Shown: positions 18,690 through 27,375 of the stretch, piece by piece
Numbering within the stretch: the stretch's first letter is position 1
How the letters are laid out: each line of letters opens with the position of its first letter
Source: a virus
Taxonomy: Duplodnaviria; Heunggongvirae; Uroviricota; Caudoviricetes
IMG/VR virus record: IMGVR_UViG_2563366953_000002
Location: 1 to 49,559 of that record
DNA: 49,559 nucleotides
Strand: one strand, 5' to 3'
The notes under the pieces: generated by a model
Told to the model about the DNA's origin: nothing
What the model saw: the letters and a program-made list of their open reading frames with translations, nothing else
Databases searched by the model: none
Position numbers and translations under genes: made by a program

Positions 18690-19082
18690 ATGTCTGAACC
18701 CTTATCCGGTTCCGGCACGGCTGTGGCGCTCGGCGGGGCGACGGTATTCGGGCTGTTTACCGGAACGGATTTCGGGATTGTGTTTGGTGCGTTCGCCGGG
18801 GCGTTATTTGTGGCAACGATGCCGCAGGCGCTTTCAGCCTGGCGTGTGGCGGCGCATTTTCTGGTGTCGTTCATTATCGGCGTGCTGGGCGCAGAGGTTC
18901 TGGCATCCTGGCTGGTAAAGCATACAGAGTTTGACGGTGCACCTGTCGACGCACTGTGTGCAGTGCTGGTGTCAGTGGTGTCGGTGAAGATTCTCTCGTT
19001 CATCCACCAGCAGGATATTGCATCACTGGTGTCCGGCCTGTTCTCCCGTCTGCGGGGTGGAGGAGGCGGCAATGTTAAGTAA
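18690..19082 (+). CDS. putative holin
   Basis: ATG at 18690 after GGAGAAAAAAGT; 130-aa product with Gly/Ala-rich hydrophobic segments; first gene of the lysis cassette. Confidence 0.5.
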   Translation: MSEPLSGSGTAVALGGATVFGLFTGTDFGIVFGAFAGALFVATMPQALSAWRVAAHFLVSFIIGVLGAEVLASWLVKHTEFDGAPVDALCAVLVSVVSVKILSFIHQQDIASLVSGLFSRLRGGGGGNVK

Positions 19083-19350
19083 CATTCCCGGATTGCTGAA
19101 TGTAGCGTTATGCACGGTTATCGTGCTGACGCTCTTTTTTTATCGTCGCCGTGATTCCAGACATAAACCGCTGATGTCATGGCTGGCCTGGCTGCTGATG
19201 CTGCTGTATGCCTTTGCGCCCCTCAGCTATCTGTGTGGTCGCCCGTTAGCAACGGGCTGGCTGGAAGTGCTTTTTAACCTGCTGTTCTGCGTGCTGGTGA
19301 TACGCGCACGCGGGAACGTCACAAAAATCTTTGTATTACGAAGGCGCTGA
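19072..19350 (+). CDS. small membrane protein (holin/antiholin-like)
   Basis: ATG at 19072 after AGGAGG, overlapping the upstream stop; 92 aa with two or three hydrophobic helices and a basic C-terminus. Confidence 0.4.
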   Translation: MLSNIPGLLNVALCTVIVLTLFFYRRRDSRHKPLMSWLAWLLMLLYAFAPLSYLCGRPLATGWLEVLFNLLFCVLVIRARGNVTKIFVLRRR

Positions 19351-19351
19351 T

Positions 19352-19897
19352 ATGAAGTCGAAAGATGAAATTTTTGACGAAGTTCTGGGAAAAGAGGGCG
19401 GTTACGTCAATCACCCGGATGATAAAGGCGGACCGACAAAATGGGGTATTACGGAAAAAGTCGCCCGCGCTCACGGATATCAGGGCGATATGCGTGACCT
19501 GACACGCGAACAGGCGCTGGAAATCCTTGAGGCGGATTACTGGTTCGGACCACGCTTTGATCAGGTGGCCGCATTATCCTCTGATATTGCTGCAGAGTTG
19601 TGTGATACCGGTGTGAATATGGGGCCGTCCGTAGCATCGAAAATGCTCCAACGCTGGCTGAACGTTTTCAACCTGCAAGGCAAATTGTTCCCGGATATGG
19701 ACGCAGACGGGCGTATCGGCCCCCGCACGATTAATGCACTACGGACTTATCTGCAAAAACGTGGCAAAGACGGCGAACTGGTGATGCTGAAGGCGCTGAA
19801 TTGCACGCAGGGCGACCGCTATCTGGAGCTGGCAGAAAAACGCGAGGCCAACGAGTCGTTTGTCTACGGCTGGATGAAAGAGCGCGTAGCAGTTTAA
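19352..19897 (+). CDS. endolysin, GH108-like with peptidoglycan-binding domain
   Basis: Product carries EGGYVNHPDDKGGPTKWGIT, CDTGVNMGP and DMDADGRIGPRT, which I recall as signatures of the GH108 lysozyme plus PG-binding family found in phage lysis cassettes. Confidence 0.75.
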   Translation: MKSKDEIFDEVLGKEGGYVNHPDDKGGPTKWGITEKVARAHGYQGDMRDLTREQALEILEADYWFGPRFDQVAALSSDIAAELCDTGVNMGPSVASKMLQRWLNVFNLQGKLFPDMDADGRIGPRTINALRTYLQKRGKDGELVMLKALNCTQGDRYLELAEKREANESFVYGWMKERVAV

Positions 19898-19998
19898 AAA
19901 CTGACGCTGAAGTGCTGAACACCCTCAACTCACGCAGGCTCTTTTCTGGGGTTACGATGAGTGAAAGTAAGGGGTACAGCATCAAGCATCAGATAGCA

Positions 19999-20038
19999 AA
20001 AACCCCGGCTGCTGGAACAGTCCGGGGTTTTTAGTTTT
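19999..20038 (+). terminator. intrinsic terminator (copy 1 of a repeated hairpin)
   Basis: ACCCCGGctgctggaacagtCCGGGGT followed by TTTTAGTTTT, after the endolysin gene. Coordinates approximate. Confidence 0.5.
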
Positions 20039-20123
20039 CACGTCAAAGAGGAAATTGTGAGTAGTGAGTACGGAGAAAATCCTCGTGGGAAAGTATAAAA
20101 GATTCTTTTTGAGGTTGTCCATT

Positions 20124-20237
20124 ATGAAAGGTATTGAAGTGGAAACTCCCGCGAGCCTTGATTTGACAAGGGCTGCGGCCTTTGCAATTCGCCTTGTGGC
20201 GGTCGCTGTTCTGATTTGGGCTGTGCGTTGGTGGTGA
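20124..20237 (+). CDS. small single-TM protein (possible lysis accessory)
   Basis: Hand-translated 37-aa ORF MKGIEVETPASLDLTRAAAFAIRLVAVAVLIWAVRWW; stop abuts the start of the lipoprotein gene. Confidence 0.25.
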   Translation: MKGIEVETPASLDLTRAAAFAIRLVAVAVLIWAVRWW

Positions 20238-20238
20238 T

Positions 20239-20421
20239 ATGAGCCGAAAACACTGGACACACAGAATGCCGCGAGCGGCGGCAAAATGGGCACTGGTAGC
20301 GATACTGGTGCCTTTTTTATTGGTGGGGTGCGTCAGCCTGGATAAGGCGCGCCAGCTTTTCGATACAGCTTCTCAGGTCTGCGAAATTGTTGATAGTGTC
20401 CGGCGGTGTATGCAGAACTGA
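20239..20421 (+). CDS. lipoprotein (o-spanin-like candidate)
   Basis: 60-aa ORF after GGTGGTGA; signal peptide ending in the lipobox-like LLVGC; short Cys-containing mature part. Confidence 0.4.
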   Translation: MSRKHWTHRMPRAAAKWALVAILVPFLLVGCVSLDKARQLFDTASQVCEIVDSVRRCMQN

Positions 20422-20594
20422 TCGCCTGTAAGAGCAGAATATTTTGCTGAAAAATGAAGGATGCGCCAGCGTCCGGAAAGCATGAAATTCTGCTGCATGT
20501 GCCAATTTTATCTTATTCATTCTAAATCTTGCCGAATCAAGATGAAATTTGAACAACTGCCCAGCGGCAAGGGGCATTAAAACAGGAGAAAATT

Positions 20595-20702
20595 ATGTGG
20601 AAACCTACAGGTGACAAGTTAATCACCGCGTTGATTGACGGCAAGCCACAATACTTACGCATTGAAATGAGTGGTCAGCATGCTCGTTTGATTCGTGAGT
20701 AA
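20595..20702 (+). CDS. small hypothetical protein
   Basis: Hand-translated 35-aa ORF with a strong SD (CAGGAGAAAATT-ATG); hairpin plus T-run downstream. Confidence 0.25.
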   Translation: MWKPTGDKLITALIDGKPQYLRIEMSGQHARLIRE

Positions 20703-20825
20703 CAGGCATTACAGCAGCCCTTCAGTGTGAGGGGCTGCGATAATGTCAAAGCTCGTTATCAGCACCCGCCGCGCACCCAGCGCACTGGCCGATAGCGGGC
20801 TTTTTTATTCATAAAGCGAGTCTGT

Positions 20826-21617
20826 ATGAGCGAGAAATTGAAGATCGTCTATCGCCCTTTACAAGAACTGTCTCCGTATGCACACAACGCCAGGACACAC
20901 AGCACTGAGCAGGTGGCACAACTGGTAGAAAGCATTAAGCAATTCGGCTGGACTAATCCGGTGCTGATTGATGAAAAGGGCGAAATTATTGCTGGTCACG
21001 GTCGCGTTATGGCGGCTGAAGTGCTCAAAATGGATTCCATTCCGGTCATCGTTCTGTCTGGTTTGATGGATGATCAGAAAAAGGCGTACCGCCTGGCAGA
21101 TAATCGCCTGCCGATGAATGCTGGCTGGGATGAAGATCTGTTACGGATGGAGCTGTCGGACCTAATCAATGCTGATTTTGATGTCTCCCTGACAGGCTTC
21201 AGCCCGACAGAAATTGATGAACTGTTGACGGATGTTTTGCCCGGTACAGAAAATGAGGAGGAGCCGTATACGACGAAAATTGATACACCTGTTTATGAGC
21301 CGTCAGGCGATAAACCGGATATCGGCGAACTGTACGACGATACGAAAACTCAGGAGCTGGTCAGCCGGATACGTTCGGCGTCCCTTGATCCTGATATCGA
21401 AAAATTCCTCCTGTGTGCGGCAGAACGCCACACAGTGTTTAATTTCAGCAGAATTGCGGACTATTACGCTCACGCCCCCGCTGAAATTCAGTGTTTTTTC
21501 GAGGAGTCGGCACTGGTGATCATTGATTATCAGCAGGCTATTGAAAATGGATTTGTCCGGATGACGCAGCGCATGGTGGAGATCATGCATGGTGGTGAGG
21601 AGGAGGAATATGCGTGA
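20826..21617 (+). CDS. ParB-like nuclease-domain protein
   Basis: N-terminal ..PLQELSPYAHNARTHSTEQVAQLVESIKQFGWTNPVLIDEKGEIIAGHGRVMAA.. matches the ParB/Srx-fold N-terminal domain pattern; acidic C-terminus. Confidence 0.65.
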   Translation: MSEKLKIVYRPLQELSPYAHNARTHSTEQVAQLVESIKQFGWTNPVLIDEKGEIIAGHGRVMAAEVLKMDSIPVIVLSGLMDDQKKAYRLADNRLPMNAGWDEDLLRMELSDLINADFDVSLTGFSPTEIDELLTDVLPGTENEEEPYTTKIDTPVYEPSGDKPDIGELYDDTKTQELVSRIRSASLDPDIEKFLLCAAERHTVFNFSRIADYYAHAPAEIQCFFEESALVIIDYQQAIENGFVRMTQRMVEIMHGGEEEEYA

Positions 21618-22542
21618 TGATTTTTGCGCCTTTATTCTGACTCACGGGCGACCGGACAAAGTTCTGACTTACCGGACGTTGCGTCGTGCTGGCTATACCG
21701 GGAAAATTTTTATCGTTGTTGATGATGAAGATAAGACACGGCATCAGTACATGGCTGAATTTGGTGAACAGGTGCTGGTGTTTTCCAAAGCCGATATCGC
21801 CAGTCGTTTTGACGAAGCCGATAATTTCTGTGACCGCCGCTCAATTTTTTACGCCCGTAATGCCTGTTTCGACCTGGCAAAACTGGTCGGGTGTAAATAC
21901 TTCATTCAGCTCGATGATGATTATCACGAGTTTCAGTTTCGGGTGGATCGCAACTATGACCAGGCCTATTTTCCGATAAGGAAACTGGATGCGATCCTTT
22001 CTGAAATGCTGGCGTATTACGAATCAATACCTGCTCTTTCCATCGCTATGTCGCAGGGCGGGGATTTTCTTGGTGACAATGGCGGCCATGCTTCATGGGT
22101 GAAACGCAAGGCAATGAACAGCTTTATCTGTTCGGTCGAGCGACCGTTCTCATTCATGGGGCGCATTAACGAGGATGTGAATACGTACACGAATCTCGGT
22201 CGCCGTGGTGAATTGTTTATGACGATCGGTGCTGTCCAGTTAGGGCAGAAACAGACGCAGAAAAACAGCGGCGGAATGACCGAGCTGTATCTGGATTCCG
22301 GAACCTACGTTAAAAGTTTTTACTCCGTCATGTATGCGCCGTCGTGCGTAAAAATCTCACTGATGGGTGCCAGCCATAAACGCATTCACCATCAGGTCAC
22401 CTGGAACAACGCTGCAGTAAAAATCCTTCACGAAAAATACAGGAAGAAGACACCCTGCATATCAATGGGGGTGACAAATGATTCCGTATTCGAAAGTCGA
22501 GTCTCTGGCAGCGTGCCGGATGACTGCACAACAAATAGCTGA
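21610..22542 (+). CDS. putative nucleotide-sugar transferase-like protein (GT-A-like, DxD motifs)
   Basis: ATG at 21610 after GGAGGAGGAA, overlapping the ParB-like stop. Pattern FILTHGRP...KIFIVVDDED...YFIQLDDDY is spaced like the beta-strands and DxD motif of GT-A fold transferases. Inference only. Confidence 0.35.
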   Translation: MRDDFCAFILTHGRPDKVLTYRTLRRAGYTGKIFIVVDDEDKTRHQYMAEFGEQVLVFSKADIASRFDEADNFCDRRSIFYARNACFDLAKLVGCKYFIQLDDDYHEFQFRVDRNYDQAYFPIRKLDAILSEMLAYYESIPALSIAMSQGGDFLGDNGGHASWVKRKAMNSFICSVERPFSFMGRINEDVNTYTNLGRRGELFMTIGAVQLGQKQTQKNSGGMTELYLDSGTYVKSFYSVMYAPSCVKISLMGASHKRIHHQVTWNNAAVKILHEKYRKKTPCISMGVTNDSVFESRVSGSVPDDCTTNS

Positions 22543-22729
22543 CGTTCTGGATGTTGATCTGAACCGACTGAAAGAAAATCGGGAAGCAATGACAAATTTT
22601 TATGCGTCCATCCGTAAGGGCAGAGCGAAAGGTGAAGCCGAGCTACGGGCGGCATTGTTTAAGCTTGCCAGAAAAGGGGATGCCTTTGCCCTGCGCGAAC
22701 TACTCAGGGTGGATAAAAATCAGGACTAA
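22478..22729 (+). CDS. small putative DNA-binding protein
   Basis: 83-aa ORF after GGGGTGA, overlapping the upstream gene by 65 nt; HTH-like ..MTAQQIADVLDVDLNRLKENRE..; immediately upstream of TerS. Confidence 0.3.
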   Translation: MIPYSKVESLAACRMTAQQIADVLDVDLNRLKENREAMTNFYASIRKGRAKGEAELRAALFKLARKGDAFALRELLRVDKNQD

Positions 22730-22732
22730 CTG

Positions 22733-23824
22733 ATGAGCAGACCGGACTGGGGGGCGTTGCAGCAGGAGTATATTGCTGAATACACCCGCTCCGGTATATC
22801 TCCGGTGGCATGGTGTGAAGCAAGGGGACTGAATTACGCAACAGCCCGTCGTTACATCAAAAAACCTCCGAAAAATGCGCAGACAGAAATGCGCAAAACT
22901 GCGCAAAAAAGTGCGCAGAAAAAATCTGCGCAGACTGCGCAAAAGCGGAACGGAAAATCTCAGATAAAAAAGTCAGTATCCGATGCGTGCCTGAATGAGG
23001 GCGACGCAGAGGAAATTTCATTCTGTCCCGATGAATTCGGCATTTCTGACCAGCAGGCTAAGTTTGCGATGCTGGTTGCTCAGGGGAAAAAGCCGACAGA
23101 GGCATACCGACTGGCTGGTTATGAGGGGCAAGGTGCGACAGCTAACAGCAACGCCAGCCGTATGCTTAGAAATGCCAGGGTTTATCGTGCCATTAGCTAC
23201 TTCCGCAATCAGTACCAGAAACGCTATACCGCAGACCTGGATTTACTGGTGAGCCAGTTGATGGCTATTGTCCAGGCCGACCCCAATCAGTTGGCACAAT
23301 TTCGCCGTGTTAACTGCCGTTATTGCTGGGGCGAGAATCATCTCTACCAGTGGCGTGATATTGCAGAATTCGATAAGGCAGCGGCACAGGCCTCCAGAGA
23401 TGGCAAACCCGAGCCGGAATATGGAGGCCTCGGCTTTGTTGATAACGCCATACCCAATCCGGACTGCCCGAAGTGCTGCGGTGAGGGAACGGGGCAGCTT
23501 TATATGGCTGATACCACTCTGCTTGATGGGGAGGCGCGGCAATTATATGCAGGGGCAAAGCTCGGGAAATTTGGTGTTGAGATCCTGCTGGAGGATAAGG
23601 CTGCCGCCCGGCGCGAACTTATCAAGCTGATAATGGCGACGAAAGGAAGTTCTGCTGGTGGTGCAACTGACAGTCGCAATGATCTGGAGCTTGAAGGACT
23701 GAGGCTTCGCAACGAAAAGCTGCGCACTGAGATTGAAAACCTCAAAAAAGGCGTGGGTGGTGAGAATAACGAAATAATTATCCACAACTCTCTGCCGATG
23801 CCGGGAGTGGATAATGTCGATTGA
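22733..23824 (+). CDS. terminase small subunit
   Basis: Central ..AKFAMLVAQGKKPTEAYRLAGYEGQGATANSNASRMLRNARVYRAI.. resembles the terminase small-subunit HTH pattern; four-Cys zinc-ribbon-like segment; stop overlaps the TerL start. Confidence 0.6.
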   Translation: MSRPDWGALQQEYIAEYTRSGISPVAWCEARGLNYATARRYIKKPPKNAQTEMRKTAQKSAQKKSAQTAQKRNGKSQIKKSVSDACLNEGDAEEISFCPDEFGISDQQAKFAMLVAQGKKPTEAYRLAGYEGQGATANSNASRMLRNARVYRAISYFRNQYQKRYTADLDLLVSQLMAIVQADPNQLAQFRRVNCRYCWGENHLYQWRDIAEFDKAAAQASRDGKPEPEYGGLGFVDNAIPNPDCPKCCGEGTGQLYMADTTLLDGEARQLYAGAKLGKFGVEILLEDKAAARRELIKLIMATKGSSAGGATDSRNDLELEGLRLRNEKLRTEIENLKKGVGGENNEIIIHNSLPMPGVDNVD

Positions 23825-25142
23825 AATCTATCTCCCAAAACCTCATGAGGGGCAAATAGCTGCATGGACGGCGGCAATAGAAGAACGCTTCCACGCGGTA
23901 TGCTGTGGTCGTCGCTGGGGTAAAACGGTGATGCTGGTGAACATCGCTACCAGTTTCGCTACGCGGAAATTTGCCGTTCCTACCACCGGGCAACTTATCG
24001 CGGGTAGGGTGGGGATTTTTACCGCGCAATACCGCCAGTACCAGGAAATCTGGGATGAAATTAGCGCCGTTCTGCAACCGCTGATCCTCAGTCAGTCAAA
24101 AAATGAAAAGCGCATCATTCTCCGCAATGGGGGGCGCATCGACTTTTGGGTAACGGACAATAACAAACTGGCCGGGCGTGGGCGTAAATATCACGCTGTG
24201 CTGATTGATGAGGCCGCATTCACTAAATCGCCGGAAATGCTCGAGGAAATCTGGCCCCGAGCGATACGCCCGACGCTTGTCGATTACCGTGGCTGTGCGT
24301 GGGTATTTTCCACACCAAACGGTATCGACGAGAGCAATTTTTTCTACGCGATATGCCACGATGAATCCCTGGGATTTGTTATGCACCATGCGCCAACTTC
24401 ATCGAATCCGTATATTCCGAAAGAAGAACTGGAGGAAACGGAGAAGAAATCCGATCCGCGCGTCTGGCAGCAGGAATATCTTGCAGAGTTCGTAGACTGG
24501 TCCAAAGACGCGTTACTCGATGTCGATAAGCTGCTGGTGGACGGTCAACCAATTGAGATGCCGCCGTACTGCGACATGATTTTCGCAGTGATGGATACGG
24601 CGCTGAAAGGCGGGACCGAAAATGATGGTACTGGCGTGGTGTATTTCGCTTATGAGTCAACGTATTCGGACGAGCCAAAACTGACGATTATTGACTGGGA
24701 TGTGACGCAAATTAAAGCGTCATTGCTTCCTGAATATATCCCCGGCGTTTATGACAACCTCGAGCGCCTCGCGAAATTATGCCGTCCGCGTCTGGGCAGC
24801 CAGGGAATTTTTATGGAAGACGCCGCGATGGGGGCAATCCTCAACCAGAAGGCGGAAACCGAAGGCTGGGATATGACGCCGATTAAATCGGCACTGACCA
24901 GCAAAGGTAAAGACGAACGGGCGGTGATGGCATCCAGCTACCACTATCAGGGGATGTGCAAAATCGTCCGGGAGGCTTACGACAAGACCGTTTCATTCAA
25001 ACGTACCACCGCAAACCACCTCATTAAACAAATCGCCGGGTTCCACCTGGCAGACAAAGACGCGCATAAACGTGCTGATGACCTTTTCGATTGTTATACC
25101 TATGGATTGATTATCGCGCACGGTAATTACGCGGCGTTGTAA
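23814..25142 (+). CDS. terminase large subunit
   Basis: 442 aa; Walker A-like CGRRWGKT and Walker B-like VLIDEAA in the N-terminal ATPase region; canonical position. Confidence 0.8.
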   Translation: MSIEIYLPKPHEGQIAAWTAAIEERFHAVCCGRRWGKTVMLVNIATSFATRKFAVPTTGQLIAGRVGIFTAQYRQYQEIWDEISAVLQPLILSQSKNEKRIILRNGGRIDFWVTDNNKLAGRGRKYHAVLIDEAAFTKSPEMLEEIWPRAIRPTLVDYRGCAWVFSTPNGIDESNFFYAICHDESLGFVMHHAPTSSNPYIPKEELEETEKKSDPRVWQQEYLAEFVDWSKDALLDVDKLLVDGQPIEMPPYCDMIFAVMDTALKGGTENDGTGVVYFAYESTYSDEPKLTIIDWDVTQIKASLLPEYIPGVYDNLERLAKLCRPRLGSQGIFMEDAAMGAILNQKAETEGWDMTPIKSALTSKGKDERAVMASSYHYQGMCKIVREAYDKTVSFKRTTANHLIKQIAGFHLADKDAHKRADDLFDCYTYGLIIAHGNYAAL

Positions 25143-25160
25143 AAAATCAGGATATTTTTG

Positions 25161-26597
25161 ATGGCAGAGATCGAGATTACTGGCGGCCTCGGTTCAGCAC
25201 TGATGCATATTCTTGAGGCTGAAGAAATTCAGCCGGGAACCGACATTGGCTATGAATTGTGTAAGCAGCTGTGGCAATTCCATCCTCTGGGCGGAAAACT
25301 TGTCGAAAAACCCATACTGATGGCGATGTGTAAGCCGCGCCAGTATAACGTGGAGACAGACCCTGACGAGAGGGTTGTGAGGCGTTTTCAGGAGGTATGG
25401 GAACGCATGAAGGTCAACGAGAAGATTAAAAATCTGTTTTTTCTGTCTCGTTGCTACGGTGCTGCAGCGATCGGCGTGGGCACCGACAGCGTTCCATGTC
25501 GTGAACCGCTTCCGACGTTCGGACTGACAGAAGATGACGTGTATATCAACGCGTGGGACCCGTTGAACGCTTCCGGTTCGATGGTGACTGACCAGAACCC
25601 CAACAGCCCGTTTTTCCAGGAAGCCAATAAAAAACTGAAGATTGGTGGGAAAGACTGGCATCCGTCACGCACACTGAAAATCTTCAACGGCACACCGATT
25701 TATCTGGAGTTTCAGAGTTCATCGTTCGGATTCACCGGACGAAGTGTGTTTCAGCGCGTTCTTTATTCCCTGAAATCCTATATCAACACGATGGAGGCGA
25801 ATGATCTCGTCAGCCAGAAGGCGGGCGTACTGGTAGCTAAAGTTGTGCAGTACGGTTCGAAACTTGACGGGATCATGGCTGCCGCCACGGGACGAAAAAG
25901 GGAAAACGTCAAAGAGGCAAAAAATAAAGGTGTGCTTAGTATCGGGAAGGATGAGGACGTTACCTCGCTAAATCTACAAAACATCGATGGTGCGCTAAAC
26001 GCTGCACGCGACAATATTATTTCCGATATTGCGTCAGGGAGTGACGTTCCGGCGATCCTCATCAAAGAGGAAGCCTTTTCGAATGGTTTCGGTGAGGGGA
26101 CCGAAGATTCGAAAGCCATCAGCCAGTATATCGATGGTGTACGCCAGCAGATTGAACCCGTGATGGATTATTTCGAACGCCTGGTGCAGTACATCGCCTG
26201 GAACGAGGAATTTTATCAGTCGCTGAAAAATGATTACCCGGACATCATAACTGATGACTATAAAACCACGTTTTACCAGTGGCGACGTGAATTTACCGCG
26301 ACATGGCAGGAGCTGGTGGAGGAGTCGCCGGACAAACGCCGGGAAAGCGACAGTAAAGTGATTCAACAGGCGATAGCACTTTTCTCTGCCGTGTCGCCAC
26401 AGGTTGATCCTGAAAACCGTGCCGCCGTCACTGAATGGCTGGCAAGCCTTGTTAATGCCACGCAAACCTATGGCGAAGCTCCACTCATCATTGATGTGGA
26501 CGCGCTGGCGAATTATGAACCACCGAAGCAGGAGACGCCTGATGGCAATTTCCAGCCGGGCGGTGAGGAAGAAGAAACGGATCAGGACGCTATATGA
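25161..26597 (+). CDS. putative portal protein
   Basis: 478-aa ORF directly after TerL (ORF track start is TTG at 25158; ATG at 25161); acidic C-terminus. Assigned by synteny and size. Confidence 0.5.
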   Translation: MAEIEITGGLGSALMHILEAEEIQPGTDIGYELCKQLWQFHPLGGKLVEKPILMAMCKPRQYNVETDPDERVVRRFQEVWERMKVNEKIKNLFFLSRCYGAAAIGVGTDSVPCREPLPTFGLTEDDVYINAWDPLNASGSMVTDQNPNSPFFQEANKKLKIGGKDWHPSRTLKIFNGTPIYLEFQSSSFGFTGRSVFQRVLYSLKSYINTMEANDLVSQKAGVLVAKVVQYGSKLDGIMAAATGRKRENVKEAKNKGVLSIGKDEDVTSLNLQNIDGALNAARDNIISDIASGSDVPAILIKEEAFSNGFGEGTEDSKAISQYIDGVRQQIEPVMDYFERLVQYIAWNEEFYQSLKNDYPDIITDDYKTTFYQWRREFTATWQELVEESPDKRRESDSKVIQQAIALFSAVSPQVDPENRAAVTEWLASLVNATQTYGEAPLIIDVDALANYEPPKQETPDGNFQPGGEEEETDQDAI

Positions 26598-27375
26598 GGT
26601 TCTGACGGATGCCGTTAACTACTACGTAAATCACGGGTGGGATAGCGAAAAATCATTGCTCGAATGGTGCCGGAAACTCCGTGTAGCCGCTCAGCGAGAA
26701 ACCCCTGATGATACCGTAGCCAGAAAACACCTCACCGCTATCTACAGCCGTCTTGTCATCGACGGCGGGGCATTACGGGATCAGCCTCCTGACGGCCCTA
26801 AAAAAATCACTGTTGAAAAACTGAAACCTGAGTTTCGCAAGGAACTCGACAGGCGAATTTTCGCCAGTGCCAACCTGATAAAACTCAACCGCGAACAGGC
26901 TATCGAGAAAACTATACAGCGTTTTCAGGGATGGGTTACGTCCATTCCGCCTGACGGGGTGAGCGAAATTGATCGCCGGGAAGTGAAGTCCGGTTTTCAG
27001 AAGTCCGTGAAGGATATGGATTTTATCAGTCGCCGGGTGGCAATTGACCAGGGACATAAGCTGGCGAGCAACGTTAAGTATCTGCTGGCTGTTCAGAGTG
27101 GTGCGATTGCTCTGCGCTGGCATTCTAACTGGCGGCGTCCGGGCTACAAATACCGACAGGACCACAAAGAGCGCGACGAGAAAATTTATCTCCTCCGCGA
27201 TTCGTGGGCGCTGGAGCAGGGGCTGATTAAGCCCGTATATGGTTTTTATGACGAAATCACTGCTGCCGGGGAGGAGGTTTATTGCAGTTGCGATGCACTG
27301 CCGATCTACGCCCCTCAGAAACTACCCGACGAATTTTTAACGGAGAAGGGCAAACGTGAGTTTAACCGAGCTTGA
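26542..27375 (+). CDS. putative head morphogenesis / minor capsid protein
   Basis: ORF 26404-27375 trimmed to the ATG at 26542 after AGGAGA; overlaps the portal 3' end; position typical of MuF/gp7-like proteins. Confidence 0.35.
   Translation: MAISSRAVRKKKRIRTLYEVLTDAVNYYVNHGWDSEKSLLEWCRKLRVAAQRETPDDTVARKHLTAIYSRLVIDGGALRDQPPDGPKKITVEKLKPEFRKELDRRIFASANLIKLNREQAIEKTIQRFQGWVTSIPPDGVSEIDRREVKSGFQKSVKDMDFISRRVAIDQGHKLASNVKYLLAVQSGAIALRWHSNWRRPGYKYRQDHKERDEKIYLLRDSWALEQGLIKPVYGFYDEITAAGEEVYCSCDALPIYAPQKLPDEFLTEKGKREFNRA

Noticed and set aside
18587-19072. 161-aa minus-strand ORF opposite the holin gene
   Set aside because: Antisense to a well-supported holin ORF in a GC-rich Gly/Ala-coding stretch; no start context.
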